Of a stretch of DNA of 64,000 nt, positions 50,750 to 62,374 are shown piece by piece. Under the pieces are notes generated by a model. The model was given only the letters and a program-made list of their open reading frames with translations. It did not search any database and had not been told where the DNA came from. This stretch comes from an uncultured Armatimonadetes bacterium (GTDB taxonomy: Bacteria; Armatimonadota; UBA5829; DTJY01). The stretch spans positions 608,001-672,000 of the forward strand of contig OY970325.1 in the NCBI GenBank assembly GCA_963717145.1, in the 5' to 3' direction. How positions within the stretch are numbered: the stretch's first letter is position 1; each line of letters starts with the position of its first letter. The translations under genes were made by a program, and so were the position numbers.

Positions 50750-51901
50750 TTGCGAATCCTGCTTCTCTATGAGTATCCGCCGCCACCCGCGGGTCTGGCA
50801 ACACAAGGCGACCTGCTGTATCGCGGGCTGGAGGAGATAGGCGTCGACGCCATTCCGGCGCCGAAGACGGGCAACCTTCAGAAGGAATGGCTGTACAAGT
50901 TGTACCAGCCCGATGCCTGCATTGGCGTCGGATGGTGGGGAATGATGCCGGAACTCGTCCTCCACCCGATGAAGCACGGCATCGTGCCGGTCCCATGGCT
51001 CGTGGCCGACGGATGGGTCGCCAACTATCAGGACGAACTGAACAGCCTGCCTCTCATAATGACGACCAGCGCATGGGTCTCCGAGGCCTATGAGCGCGAC
51101 GGCGTTTCCCCCGATCGCATGGTGGTCCAGCCCATAGGATGCGACACGGAGGCGTTCAAGCCGATGCCGAAGGACCATCCGAGGGTGAAGGTAGTGCGCG
51201 ACATCCTCGGGGTCGCCGACGACGAAAAGCTTATCCTGACCATCGGTGGCGACGCCTGCAGCAAGGGCAGCCAGGAGATGATGAAGGCGCTGGCCAGGAT
51301 CGACTCCGAGTATCCTAAGTGGCGGTATGTCTGCAAAGTCTGGAACCAGGAGCGGAGCCAGAAACAAAACGAACTGGACTTGGCGCTGGCTGAGGAACTC
51401 GGAATCCGTGACAAAGTGACATACGTCGATGGGGTGCTCTCCCGTGAGTTCATGCCCTATCTCTACAATGCGTGTGACATCTACGCCGGCCCGAGCCGCC
51501 AGGAGGGCTTCGGAATGCCTCACGTCGAGGCTCAGTCGTGTGGGAAACCCGTGTTGAGCGTCGACGCAATGGGCATAAAGGAGACGGTGCTCCACGGCGA
51601 GACCGGATTCATGGCGCGGGTGGCCGAGTGGGTCGCGATCACTGAGGGGCGAACCGGACCGGACGGCGGCTATCCCGAGGGGACAGTGATTCCGTTCGAC
51701 GAGCCGAAGGTGATCGCGTGCAGAGCCAATGTAGATGACTTGGCGGAATACCTTCTCACGATGCTTACCGACGACGACCTGACCGCGAAAATGGGTGCGG
51801 CGGGAAGGGAGCATGCCATCGATTGCTTCGATTACCGTGACGTTGCTCATCAGGTGGCGAACCTGTTGAGTGAGCGTCTGTCGCTCGATGTAGCCGCTTG
51901 A
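50750..51901 (+). CDS. GT4 family glycosyltransferase
   Basis: RILLLYEYPP, SKG, PSRQEGFGMPHVEAQSCGKP, GETG. Confidence 0.9.
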   Translation: MRILLLYEYPPPPAGLATQGDLLYRGLEEIGVDAIPAPKTGNLQKEWLYKLYQPDACIGVGWWGMMPELVLHPMKHGIVPVPWLVADGWVANYQDELNSLPLIMTTSAWVSEAYERDGVSPDRMVVQPIGCDTEAFKPMPKDHPRVKVVRDILGVADDEKLILTIGGDACSKGSQEMMKALARIDSEYPKWRYVCKVWNQERSQKQNELDLALAEELGIRDKVTYVDGVLSREFMPYLYNACDIYAGPSRQEGFGMPHVEAQSCGKPVLSVDAMGIKETVLHGETGFMARVAEWVAITEGRTGPDGGYPEGTVIPFDEPKVIACRANVDDLAEYLLTMLTDDDLTAKMGAAGREHAIDCFDYRDVAHQVANLLSERLSLDVAA

Positions 51902-51914
51902 AAGGAATAGACAC

Positions 51915-53102
51915 ATGGCGAAGGTCATGCCCGTGGAGGCTGAAGATCCCCAGGAGCTGATTGAGACCGCATGTCTGAAGGCGGAAGAGGTGCTTGATAA
52001 GTGTTCGACGCCGAACGGACTCTACGCCTCTCCGGTGAAGTACAACGCGGTCTATGCCCGTGACGCGCTGATCACTTCGCTCGGCGGTCTCCTGTCCGGA
52101 GAGGATCGGTATATCCGTCAGTGGCTGAAGACTATGGACACGCTGATGGACCGGCAGTCGGAAACCGGGCAGATTCCGAACTACGTCGACACGTTCGTCC
52201 CGTCAAGGCCGAGGATACTCGCGTTCGGGGCGGCCGACGCGTCGCTCTGGTTCGCCCTGTCTCTGTCGTATGCTGAGAAGCTCATCGGACCGAGGCCGGA
52301 GTTCCACAAGGCCGCCGAGAATGCCATGGTCTGGCTGCAGTACCAGGATGCGCACGAGGAGGGGCTGATCGAGCAGCAGGAGGCCACCGACTGGATGGAC
52401 ATCATCGCGAACAGAGGCCACGTGCTGTATACGAATGTGCTCTAGTTCGCGGCTCTGGAGCTTCGGCAGGATATCAAGCGCGCGCACCTTGTCAGGGAGG
52501 CGATAAACGGCTTTCTGTGGAGCAGCGAACTCGGCTACTTCAGGCCATACTCGTGGAAACAGGAACACGGCGACTGGTTCGACACGGCGGGAAACCTCTT
52601 CGCAGTGGCGTTCCGGCTCGCGGATGAAGAGCAGACGAAGAGCATCCTCGACTTCATCGAGGAGAACAGAATCGACCGGCCGTATCCCGTGCGGACGATG
52701 TTTCCCCCGATCGAGCCGGGAGACAAGGACTGGCGCGAGTACTACCGGACAGAGCACAACCTGAACATGCCGAACCAGTACCACAACGGAGGCATCTGGC
52801 CGTGGGTCGGCGGGCTATACGTCGCGGCGCTGGTGCATGCCGGTCGACTCGATAAGGCGAAGGATGAACTCTACAGACTCGCCCAGGCCGATCATCTCGG
52901 ACGAGATCGCGAATGGGAGTTCAACGAGTGGCTGCACGGCCTGACCGGTGAGCCGAGTGGATCGCCGGATCAGGCGTGGTCGGCGGGGATGTTCATCTAT
53001 GCCTATCACTGCGTCCAGGAGGGTCACCAGCCCGTCTTCTCGATGATGGAATCGGCGGAATGCCAGATGTGGCACAACAATGGGGTGAGCCACAACCAGT
53101 AG
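51915..53102 (+). pseudogene. (alpha/alpha)6 glycoside hydrolase (GH100 / amylo-alpha-1,6-glucosidase-like) with in-frame TAG at 52443-52445
   Basis: YARD, ADASLWF, DWMD, YTNVL*F, YHNGGIWPW, FNEW, QAWSA all in one frame. Confidence 0.8.
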
Positions 53103-53128
53103 GGTCTTGCCGTTGATCACCCACGGCG

Positions 53129-53208
53129 CAACGGCGTCATGCTGAACTTGATTCAGCACCCACCGTGTACACCGTGGGTGCTGAATCAAGTTCAGCATGA
53201 CGCCGTTG
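53129..53208. repeat. CGTCATGCTGAAC-type palindromic element, copy 2 (arms in the opposite order to copy 1)
   Basis: Perfect 35-bp arms. Confidence 0.88.
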
Positions 53209-53270
53209 GTGGGTATTCGGAAGGTCATCCCTCCTGCGCCCTAGAACAATAGGGCAATGGAGGGACAACC

Positions 53271-54351
53271 ATGCCACTAACCAACGACCCCCAGTGGGCA
53301 CAATCCAGAGAGCGCTTTGAGGCCTGGTGGAGCGGAGAGGTCATCGACCGCCCGCTGCTCCAGGTCTTCGCGCCCAGGGACGGCGCGCCGGATACCCCCG
53401 CGCCGACCTACGATACGCCTGACCAGAAATACCTGAACGCCGATTTCCGCATCCGCGCGCTCGAAGTGGGAGATGGCCCGCACCTACTACGGCGGCGATG
53501 CCTTCCCGTACATGGACACCCACATCGGCCCCGGCACGATGTCTCTCTATCTCGGCGCGCAGCCCGAATTCCAGCACAATACCGTCTGGTATCGCAAGTG
53601 TGTGACCGACATACCGAGCGCCGTGCCGCCGACCTTCGACGAACAGAATCCGTACTGGCAGGCAAGTCTGCGCATCGCCAGGGAGGGTGTCGAACGACTG
53701 AGCGGACGAGCGCTGGTTTCGTTCCCCGACCTGATCGAGAACCTCGATACGATCTCGTCGCTCTTCGGCAACAAGGAACTCCTGTTCGCGCTGATCGAGC
53801 AGCCGGAGAAGATACATGAGTTCCAGCGGGCGATCCTGCCTCTGTACATCGAGTATCATCGGCGGCTCTATGAGATCATCAAAGACGAGGTCGGCGGATC
53901 ATGCTTCTCGGCGTTTCGGATCTACGGCAAGGGACGGATTGCCAAGCTCCAGTGCGACTTCAGCGCGATGATCTCGGCGGCCATGTTCGAGGAGTTCGTC
54001 GCCCCGTACCTTGCGGAGCAGTGCCGTCTCCTCGATCACTCGGTCTACCACTGGGATGGTCCCTGTGCCCTCCAGCATGAGGGTCCCCTCCTGGCGATCG
54101 AGGAGTTAGAGGCGATCCAATGGACTCCCGGTGCGGGTCAGCCGGGAACGGGGAACAAGGTCTGGTGGCCGCTGTACCGCCGCATTCGGGCAGCCGGGAA
54201 GTCGCTCATGCTCCTGGGCGTGGCAGCGAATGAGGCGCAGCCGCTCGTGGAGGAGTTCGGTCCCGAAGGCCTCGACATGACGATCAACGTCGCCTCGCAG
54301 GCCGAGGCGGACGACCTGGTTCGCCGGTCCCTCGGGTGGAAGAAACGCTGA
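53271..54351 (+). pseudogene. URO-D/methyltransferase-superfamily-like protein; 1-nt insertion near 53466 (possibly an assembly error)
   Basis: RFEAWWSGEVIDRP (ORF1) joins YYGGDAFP, LQCDFSAMIS, YHWDGP, IQWTPGAG (ORF2). Confidence 0.7.
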
Positions 54352-54392
54352 TGCCCCGACGACGGGGAGTCGTCAGGGCATCCAACGATCAT

Positions 54393-54487
54393 GGGAGGGC
54401 GAGGCTTCGTCCGAGCCGGGATGCTTCGGCAGCAGAGCAAAGTGGCGCTACCGAAGCATCCCGGCTCGGACGGAGCCTCGCCCTCCC
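54393..54487. repeat. GGAG-type palindromic element between convergent genes
   Basis: GGGAGGGCGAGGCTTCGTCCGAGCCGGGATGCTTCGG / CCGAAGCATCCCGGCTCGGACGGAGCCTCGCCCTCCC. Confidence 0.85.
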
Positions 54488-54494
54488 GTCATCA

Positions 54495-57400
54495 CTACTT
54501 GATCTCCGGTGTCGGAGGCGGAGGTGGTGGTGGCGGGATATCGCCTCCACCGCCCGTGCCGTCTCCCGTCGTGAACGGCACGTATTCGCTGTTCGCAAAC
54601 GACCAGTTGCCGGAATCGACTGCATAGACGTAGACCCAGTAGTCGCTGAACGGCTGGAGACGATCAAGGGCAGGTGAGTATGTGATCGGCCTTCCCATCT
54701 GCCCGAACGGGACACAGCCGTCGCCCGCGGGGAAGAACGCTCCCCAGTCGGTTTGGTGCGAGCCATCCTCGTGGTAAATCTCCACTCCAACTCTCACAGC
54801 CCCAGGAATGGGATCCCAGCAGACGGAAGGATTGATCGGCGCATCGGTCTGCCCGGATAGCGGCGCTGTCAAGGCGACGGAACCGCGAGGATCCTGGACT
54901 CTGGCATACACCGTCTGGCTGTGTGCTCCCTCGACTTCGCCTTTCAGGGCGCAGACGCGGAAGTAGGTATTCTCAGCCACCGGCAGCGCGAATACGCCGT
55001 ACGTGTCCTGCATCATCGGCGGCTCGCTCGTAGCCGAGTAATCCTGGTCGTCCGCGCTCCGATATAGTCTGTAGCCCGTCGCTCCGGCTATCGGGCTGAA
55101 CACGATGCTGCACGAGCCGGACTCCTGGCCGGGCATGCCCAGCACGAAGTTGGGCGGGCCGGGGAAATGCACCTGTATGTCCGGACTCATGTCCTGACCC
55201 CTGATTCCGCGGCAGACGGTATCGCCCGGTCCGCGGAAACACGTGCTGATCCCCACGACGGTGACGTAATCTCCCGCTCTGAGACCCAGCGGGTCGCGCC
55301 CGACTCGTACTCCCTCGTTGTCCGCGCCGTCGGTCTGCGTGCCATCCCTGACAGCCGAACCGTCCTCGATGTAGAAATACTCCCCAGCCGGGTCTATCTG
55401 GGTCACGCGACCCCACGTCTTCACCAGCAGGCCGATATTGTTGAGGCCCGCGCCTCCCGTGACGCCCCTCTGACCCGATGTCGGTACCTCGGGATCCACG
55501 CGGAAGTTCGTGCCCCCGAGATTGCGAATGGCCATGCCGACGGGCCTGATGCCCTCGCCGAATCCGGCCGTCATCGGCGATGCCTCTTCAACTCGGCGTA
55601 CATCAGATGCCAGGATTCGCCTCTCGAAATCGTCGTCCGTTTCGAGCGTGCCCTCCACATCGACGGTCCATCCCTCTGCGACGAAGCCATCCGGCCACTT
55701 CACATAGATTCCGGCGGAGCGGTCAGGCTGTTCGACGTAGAACCCTCTTTGACCCTTCCGGCTGACAACAACGTTAGTTAATGCGACTCCCGTTCCGTCC
55801 GCAAGAGCCTTCGCATCCTGAATGGAGACAGGCTGAATGACCTGGATCACGTAGGTCTTCTCGGACGATGCGCTCGGCGATTGGCTGTCCTCTACGTGTA
55901 CCGTGAACTGGTAGCTCCCGGCCTCCTCAAGGGTGCCGCTGATGAAGCCATCTTCGTCCAGGTCGAGTCCCGGCGGGACTTCCCCGTCAACGACCCACCA
56001 TTCGAAGGGCGCGAAGCCGTCCTCGGCGCGGAGCTGCTGCTCGTAGTCAGAGCCCACGAGTCCGCTGGGGAGAGTCTCCGGCATGATGCGGGGATTGCCG
56101 GGCAACTCGATATTCTCCAACCTGTACGTGATGTACGGTGTATACCTGAGCGTTCCCGGCGGGAAACTCGGCGAGTAGCATCCGCTCGTCCAAGCCCCGG
56201 GTTCTGGCCAGAACGATAGCTGCATCTGGCCTATCTGGATCCACTCCGCGCCGGCAAAGCGCACGTATCCCAGGGCGTCGCCGGTCGGACTGACGGTGAT
56301 CTTCAGCTCAGTCGGCTGGCTGGGATCGTAGCCCGCTACAGGGGATACTTGGAATGCCCAGTTCTCGTCACCCTCATTGCCCATAACAGCAAACGGCTGT
56401 CTGTTGTAGTAGCCCTGCTCCACGTCACCGAAGCCGCGCTTCATATATGCGGTCGAGAGCGCGAACTGCGCCCAAACCGTGCCAACCTCGTTGTCACCAT
56501 CCGACACTCTGAAGCCGATGTCCAAGGCGACGCCGCCGTAACCAGCCATCGTTGCCAGCGCGCCCTGCAGGTCCCCGAAAGTAGCCCTCAGTTCGGCGTT
56601 GGAAGTTTGCGGCTCCCATGGCACGTTGTTCAGCGATATCTGTGGCGACATGCCCGCGGCCACTTCGTCCCCGGAAGGCGGCATGGTGGATGTGAACACG
56701 AGCTTGCCGTCCTCGAATGACGGCCCGCGCGCGTCGGAGAAATTCCAGGGGCCATAGAGCGCGCCTGCGACTCCTCCCTCCGGAAGTACGGGATGCGTGA
56801 AGTAGCTGTCATGGACGTTTATCCCGGGCATCTCGCACGGATTGTCGAGCGTATCCAGAGTCAGCGGGTCATCGAATCCGAAGCCATTGCCCCAGTCCAG
56901 ATACACGTGGGTGACATCCACCTGAGAGGTGATCGTCTCGATGTGCTTCGTCGCGACCATCATAGATCGGTCGTCGCCGTCGCTCGATGTGCCGGCGAAG
57001 AATGCCCGATCCATGCTCAGTGTGAAGCGGCCGTCAAGCTCTTCACCCGACACCTCGATCGTGATCTGTCCATCGGGAGTGACGCTGAGCGAGCCAGACA
57101 GCGGCGTAGTCGTCTCGCTGTAGCTGTCGAAGTCCTCGCCCGTAAACGATCCGTCGGCCGCTACTTCAAACCATCCCCTGAAGATGCTGCCCGAATTCGA
57201 GACGCCGTAGAACCACCACTTGCCCTCGAGGTCCTCGGTGATGAAGTCCCCGCCGGTTCGCAGGCTGACGTCGAATCGCGCGATCCCCGGATCATCCATG
57301 TCGCCCATGATGCCGCCGAAGCCCAGGCCGCTCTTCGATATCCCATACCGCTGCATCAGGGTGTTGTCCGGCTCCTCGAAGGTCAACGAGCCATTGTCGG

Positions 57401-60073
57401 CGATAGTGACCGTCGCGCTGTATGAATCCGAATCGCCGTCGCTGGTGTACTGGGTCCCAGCGTACCAGCCCTCGCTGTCGATCTCGCCTTCGCTGACCCA
57501 CCGCCAGCCCTGCCAATCGGGACCGACCTCGAAGGAATGAGTCGTCCATGTGCCCTCGGCATCGTACTGAGAGAAGGACTGGCCTTCATCAAACCTGTGG
57601 CAGATGGTGAGTGTCCCTCTATTGGCGTCATACTTGTTGGCGACGATCCTCTCGTTGTCGAAGCTCAGAGTACCCCAGGGCTTTCCGCCGATGCTGATCT
57701 GTCCGTCAGCGTCTATCGTGTATGTGTGATTCACTGTCGCCATCGGCGTGCCATCAAGCGCAAACCGATAGATACTCACATTGCCGGACTGGTCGAAGAT
57801 CATGGCCCCGTATGTGGTCGCCGCGGAAGGCGCGGCCTGCTCCACGGAGATGCTGTTGAATAACCATTGGCCGGCGAGGGCGGCATACATGTTCGCGTTC
57901 ACCTGGAGAGTGTATTCCCGCTCGACCGATGCCGGCTCCTCGGCGCTATCGGTGACGCCGACGGTGAATGTGTAGATTCCCGACTCATAGCACGTGCCGC
58001 TGAGATCGCCGTCCTCCGACAGCGAGATGCCCGGCGGAAGGTTGCCCGAGACGATCTGCCACTCGTAGGGTGGCTCCCGCCGGTTGCCTCCAGCGTCTGG
58101 CTGTAGGGATCCCCGGCGGTTCCGTCTGGGAGCGAATCCGTCACGATCTCGAGCGGTTCCGGAGCCCCGGAGGTGTTCAGGTACTCGAGGGTGGATGATA
58201 CATAGGGGCTGTACCATGTCAAACCACTGTCGCCCGCGCCTGTGCCGCACCCGCCCGCAGGCGTGCCTGCACCAGGCCACCAGTCGAGTTGCTGCTCGCC
58301 GACCTGAGCCCACTCTGCTCCCGGCGGGCCGAAGTGTACGTAGTAGTGAGCCAGGTTCTCAGCGGTAATGACGACCTTCAACTCCACCGGGTACGCCGGG
58401 TCATATCCGGTCGCCGGTATCACCGAACTGGTTTCGCTTCCGGAGTTGTAGCTGCCGACGTTAATGAACGGCTGACGGTTGTAGTAGCCGGGCGGAATCT
58501 CGCTGATGCCATCTGGAAGATACATGGTGGCGAATCCGAAGGATAGCCAGGCATCGCCCCACCAGCCGTCTTCATTGTGTACGGAGAAACCAACGTCTAC
58601 GCCGCGGAAACCGTCGCCGACGAGCGGCGCGAGGTCGCCCTGGAAGTTGTCGAACACGGCGCGGAGTTCAATGTCGCCGGTCCGAGTGGGCCAGCTCATC
58701 GACTCCATGGCGAGTTCGGGCTGGACCCTGGCGCGGGTCCTGTCTCCGCCGGAAGAAAGGTCGCTGCCGAGAATGAGCTTGCCCGCCTCAAACGTCGGAG
58801 GCTGAAGGTCACTATCTTGGCCGTAGAGGTACGCGGCCCCAACCGACGACCCGGGCGCGGGCGGAGGAACTGCCTGGAAGTAGTTCTGGTTGATCAGTAC
58901 TGCCGGCAGGTCGCACAGGAGACCTTCTGCGTCGAGGTCCATCGGGTCATCGAAGCTGAGGCCGTTGCCCCAGTTCATGGTAACGTGGGTGACATCCACG
59001 GTCGATGCCACCTCGGTCGGATGCTTTGTAGCCAGCATCATGTTCTTCGCGCCCGCACTGCTGAACGTGAGAGCGAAGAGGCCTCGGTCCAGGCTTAGCG
59101 TTCCCGTGCCGTCCAACTGTCCCAGCGCCGAGTCCGTCAGGGAGATCGATCCGTCCGACGCCAGGGACAGGCTGCCCGAGATCGGCAACGTTGGGCCGTC
59201 GGGATATGTGCCCTGTCCCGTCACAGTGCCATCCGACTGGCAGTCAAGGTGTCCATAGAAGAGATGGCCGTCGGTGTCGATACTCTCGAACCACCATTTG
59301 CCCTCGAGATCGGCGGTGATGAAGTCGCCGCCGGTGCGGACGGCGATGTCAAAGCGTCCGATCTGATCAGCGCCCACTGCGCCGGTGAGGGATCCGAACA
59401 TCAGACGGCTGCTGGACATACCGCCCGTTCCCTGCAGGGAATTGCCCGGCTCCGAGATCGTCATCTGCCCCTCCGGCTCGATGGAAACCGTTGCGGCGTA
59501 TGCGCCCGATCCTCCGTCGCTGTCGGTCCGAGTCCCTGTGAAGCTGCCCGTCGCGTCGATACTTCCATCGACTGCCTTCCAGCCTTCCCAGTCGGAGCCG
59601 GCCTGGAACGAGTGCATCCGCCAAGTTCCCTCGCAGTCGGCCTGAGAGAAGCCGGGCGACGAACCGGCGCGCTCGCCGATGAACAATCCGGCGTAAGAGT
59701 CCATCAGTTCCGAGCCGATGATCTGTTTCTTGTCGTAGCTCATCACGGCCTTGCGGATGCCATCGAAGGATATCTCGCCGTCGCCATTGATGGTTACCGC
59801 GAAGTTGTGAGTCTCGGTCCCGTCCAGCTTGGTCACGTAGGCGGTCCCCGACCCATCGCCGGCGATCTCTACAGTCGCCCACTGGATCACGCTCGACGCG
59901 GTCGCACTGTCGACGTATATCTCGTGGATATACCACGTGCCGACCACGTCAGAGGAGGAGAACAGGTCGGGTGGTGCAACTGCGCTCGGCATGTTCCGGA
60001 ATGATCCCGCGCAGGCGGGAAGCAGGCAGCAGAACAGTGTCAGCGCTGTGAGAAAGATGATGCGACGTTTCAT
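54495..60073 (-). pseudogene. About 1860-aa secreted modular surface protein (duplicated beta-rich module plus Ig-like He_PIG domains, OB-fold-like pair, Pro-rich tail); 1-nt frameshift near 58077 (possibly an assembly error)
   Basis: Signal peptide MKRRIIFL; LPDG..G.PYSQTLEATGG|EPPYEW..G.LPPG; DLEGKWWF and VDVTHV..WGNG..FDDP each occur twice. Confidence 0.7.
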
Positions 60074-60311
60074 GAAATGTACCCCCCTAATGACCATGAC
60101 GCGAATATGCGAGACCTGGCGCATGCCAGGCAGTTGTCCCAGTATTCCATTATCGGCAGGGATTGACGATCTATCGAGTGAGAGAAGCTCATCCGTATGG
60201 TAAGTCGTTGCGGGCCGAGAGTCAAGGCAAACGGTCAAAAACCGGTAAATCTACTGGGTCGCGCCGGGTATGCAGGGAATTCTGCAGGGCTGCGGAAACA
60301 TAGCGTAAGGT

Positions 60312-61385
60312 TTGCCAAGGTGGTTTCGTATGCCGGAAGAACGGAAGAGGGCATCGGATAAGGACATGTCGGAAAGTCAACGTCTGTTGTCTCTCCGGCG
60401 GTTGCTCGGCATTATCGGTGGCTTCAGGGGCATAGCCGCGCTGTTGGCTGTTCTCCTCGCCGGTGTATTGTTCACTCCGAAGTCACTGGTCACGGGCCAC
60501 TCGATCTTCTTCTCCGTCCGGACCCAGATAGACACGCTGTTCGAGTACTCCGAATACGGGATACTCGCCACGGGGATGACGCTGGTCATTCTTTCGGGCG
60601 GCATCGACCTCTCAGTCGGCTCGGTCCTGGGGTTCGCGGCGACTCTGTTCTCCCTGCTCATGATCGGCTTCGGCTGGCCCGTGCTTCCGGCGATCCTGGT
60701 CACCATCCTCGCGGGCGCACTTGCCGGCTCTATCAGCGGTACTCTGATCTCGAAGTTCCGCATGCAGCCGTTCGTGGCGACACTCGCGATCATGGTCGCC
60801 GCGAGAGGCGCCGCGAAGTGGATATCGGGCGGGATGAAGGTGCAGGCGGGGGCACAGCCCTGGTACCAGATCAAAGAAGGAGCGCCCGCATTCTACTCGT
60901 GGGTGACCACCCAGCTTCCGGTGGTGCACCTCCAGCCCGCGACCCTGATCTTCATCCTCAATATTGTCTTGATGCTGCTGATCGTGCGGTACACCCGCTT
61001 CGGGAGGTATCTCTATGCGATCGGCGGCAATGAAGAGGCGGCGCGGCTCTCGGGGATCCGGGTCGCGCAGATCAAGATCGCGGCGTACACCATGTGCGGC
61101 GCGATGGCCGCTCTCGCAGGAATCTCCAATGCGACTCGCCTCGAACTTGGCGACCCCGAGGCGGGAGGCACCTATGAACTGGATGCCATCGCGGCGGTGG
61201 TCATCGGCGGCACCAGTCTGATGGGCGGTCAGGGAGGGATGTTCCTCACCCTCGTCGGGACGCTCATCATCGCGTATATCAACAAGATCCTCAGCATCAA
61301 CGGTGTCGAGGAGCAGTTCCGACTGCTGGCGAAGGGCGCCATCATCGTGATGGCGGTTCTGATTCAGCAGCGGAGGAAGTCATAA
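60312..61385 (+). CDS. Sugar ABC transporter permease (RbsC type); true start may be 60330 or 60366
   Basis: GMTLVILSGGIDLSVG, PFVATL, GGNEEAARLSG, ELDAIAAVVIGG. Confidence 0.93.
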   Translation: MPRWFRMPEERKRASDKDMSESQRLLSLRRLLGIIGGFRGIAALLAVLLAGVLFTPKSLVTGHSIFFSVRTQIDTLFEYSEYGILATGMTLVILSGGIDLSVGSVLGFAATLFSLLMIGFGWPVLPAILVTILAGALAGSISGTLISKFRMQPFVATLAIMVAARGAAKWISGGMKVQAGAQPWYQIKEGAPAFYSWVTTQLPVVHLQPATLIFILNIVLMLLIVRYTRFGRYLYAIGGNEEAARLSGIRVAQIKIAAYTMCGAMAALAGISNATRLELGDPEAGGTYELDAIAAVVIGGTSLMGGQGGMFLTLVGTLIIAYINKILSINGVEEQFRLLAKGAIIVMAVLIQQRRKS

Positions 61386-61400
61386 CTCAAGGAGACGGAA

Positions 61401-62366
61401 TTGTTGAAGAGCAGAACACTCGTCGGATTGATCATGGCGCTTGTCGTCATAGCAGTATTCGTGGGATGTGCGAAGCAGAGCCCGAGTGGCACGCAGGCGC
61501 CGGCCGGCAAGATGTATACCATCGGCATGTCGCAGTGTAACCTTGGCGAACCGTGGCGCGTGCAGATGAACAATGACATCAAGGCCGCAGCAGCGAACCA
61601 CAAGGCCGAGTTGACAGTGATCTACAAGGATGCTCAGGCCAATGCGGGCACACAGCAGGCCCAGGTTCGCGAGTACGTCGCACAGGGAGTTGACCTGATC
61701 ATTATCAGTCCACTCGAGGCCAAGCCGCTGACGAAGCCGGTCGCGGAGGCCGTCGCAGCCGGGATTCCCGTGATAGTGCTCGACCGCAAAGTCGAGGGCG
61801 ACAAGTACACTTGCTACATCGGCGCGGACAACGTCCTCATCGGTCGCAAGGCTGGGGAGTACATCGCGAAGACGCTCGGCGGCAAGGGCAAAGTCGTCGA
61901 GCTGAAGGGTCTGATGACGTCCACCCCGGGTGCTGACCGTCACAAGGGCTTCATGGAAGCGATCAAGGGTTCGCAGATCGAGGTGATCTTCAACGCTGAC
62001 TGCAAGTGGTTCGAGCCGAACGCCCAGCGCGAGATGACGTCCGCGCTGTCGAGATTCCCCCAGATCGACGCCGTCTACGGGCACAACGACCCGATGGCTC
62101 ACGGCGCATATCTCGCCGCGAAGCAGGAGGGCAAGGGGCGCGAGAAGTCCGTCAAGTTCGTCGGGATCGACGCCATCCCCACCGAGGGCGTCCAGTACGT
62201 GAAGCAGGGCATCTTGAGCGCGACGTTCCAGTATCCGACCGGCGGCCCCGAGGCGATCGAGACCGCGCTGAAGATCTTCAAGGGCGAGAAGGTCGAGAAG
62301 AACATCACCCTCGGCACGAAGATCTTCACGAAGGACAACGTAGAGAAGGGCGGCGAGGCGCTGTAA
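61401..62366 (+). CDS. Sugar ABC transporter substrate-binding lipoprotein (RbsB type)
   Basis: Lipobox FVGC; IPVIVLDR, IGADN, HNDPMA, VGIDA. Confidence 0.92.
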   Translation: MLKSRTLVGLIMALVVIAVFVGCAKQSPSGTQAPAGKMYTIGMSQCNLGEPWRVQMNNDIKAAAANHKAELTVIYKDAQANAGTQQAQVREYVAQGVDLIIISPLEAKPLTKPVAEAVAAGIPVIVLDRKVEGDKYTCYIGADNVLIGRKAGEYIAKTLGGKGKVVELKGLMTSTPGADRHKGFMEAIKGSQIEVIFNADCKWFEPNAQREMTSALSRFPQIDAVYGHNDPMAHGAYLAAKQEGKGREKSVKFVGIDAIPTEGVQYVKQGILSATFQYPTGGPEAIETALKIFKGEKVEKNITLGTKIFTKDNVEKGGEAL

Positions 62367-62374
62367 AGCCTTTT

